From Trichoplax sp. H2 (taxonomy: Eukaryota), in contig NOWV01000166.1 in assembly GCA_003344405.1 (NCBI GenBank), positions 1-64,000 on the forward strand: a stretch of DNA of 64,000 nt. Reading direction: 5' to 3'. Positions 63,263-64,000 of this stretch are shown here, piece by piece (positions within the stretch are counted from its first letter, which is position 1; each line of letters starts with the position of its first letter). The translations under genes and the position numbers were made by a program. The notes under the pieces are model-generated. The model was not told the DNA's origin, ran no database searches, and saw nothing but the letters and a program-made list of their open reading frames with translations.

Positions 63263-64000
63263 TAAGGGAGACTCCTGAGACTCCCATCAATCAGAGCCAC
63301 GCTAGCACTATAGTAGATGATCAAAACATCTTTCGGTCAATTTTCGAATAAATCATTTGATAGAGAGAGAGAAGCAAAGGCGTAACCTTGAGGATGACTC
63401 CAGAGGAGGCAAATAAGTGGATGTGTATACAAATGCTTCATACTATTAATCAATAAGTATATCGGCTACCTTAAAAAGAGAAGAATAGTGGAAAGACGAG
63501 CATACTCTTAATCTGGCATCTTTCCTTAGGGTATGTCCAATATAGTATACGTTTAATATTTTCATTACTAGATTGAAATGTTGATCTTGAACTAATAAAA
63601 GGTGCTCTAAACTTCTATATCATCTCATAGTTTTCGTTGATGTACAGTATAGTAACCACATTGAATCATAACCTTGATAATACGCATGCACTGCTTCATA
63701 CAGTATATGAGCGTTTGAACAAGAGCATGTGTATCAGTACAAATAGTGTATGTTGGCATTGTATCGTAATTGAATTACTACCTCTACACAAAATCATCAT
63801 ACGACTTGACTATAAACACTAGCTACATTATTTTAGATAGAGATTTGCGTAAAGTAAAATATCTTGTGGAAAATTTTCTTCAATAGCTAAACATCAATTT
63901 ATCACATCAACAGCCAAGTAGATGGAATTATTGCATACGAATACTAGGTACAGGATATACGCATATTTTTATTTTTCATATCTGTAGAATACATACTTTA

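Overview
AT-rich eukaryotic (animal) genomic DNA with compact, intron-rich genes, GT-AG introns mostly 70-700 nt long, and three N gaps. The style suggests an early-branching metazoan such as a placozoan (Trichoplax-like); that assignment is inference. Eleven protein-coding genes were reconstructed by hand: a cytochrome P450 (+), LRRIQ3 (+), MRPS2 (-), MPDU1 (+), TYW3 (+), a C11orf98-like gene (-), CDC26 (+), a DDC/TDC-family PLP enzyme (+), MSRA (-), CEP350 (+) and AP3M (+). NUBPL (-) makes twelve. No rRNA, tRNA or CRISPR array was found. Main observations: (1) the DDC-family enzyme has Asn where DDC has the PLP-stacking His192, the switch known from insect DHPAA (aldehyde) synthases, plus other active-site changes; (2) a family of 31-43 bp palindromic mini-elements with 5-bp target-site duplications; (3) a hAT-like MITE made almost entirely of tandem copies of its own left TIR; (4) an intronless MsrA with bacterial/plant/fungal-type motifs and no C-terminal resolving Cys; (5) a CEP350 without a CAP-Gly domain; (6) candidate promoter elements (RFX X-boxes, a triplicated Myb-site module, TACTGTA tracts). 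Two gap-flanking duplications look like uncollapsed haplotypes.
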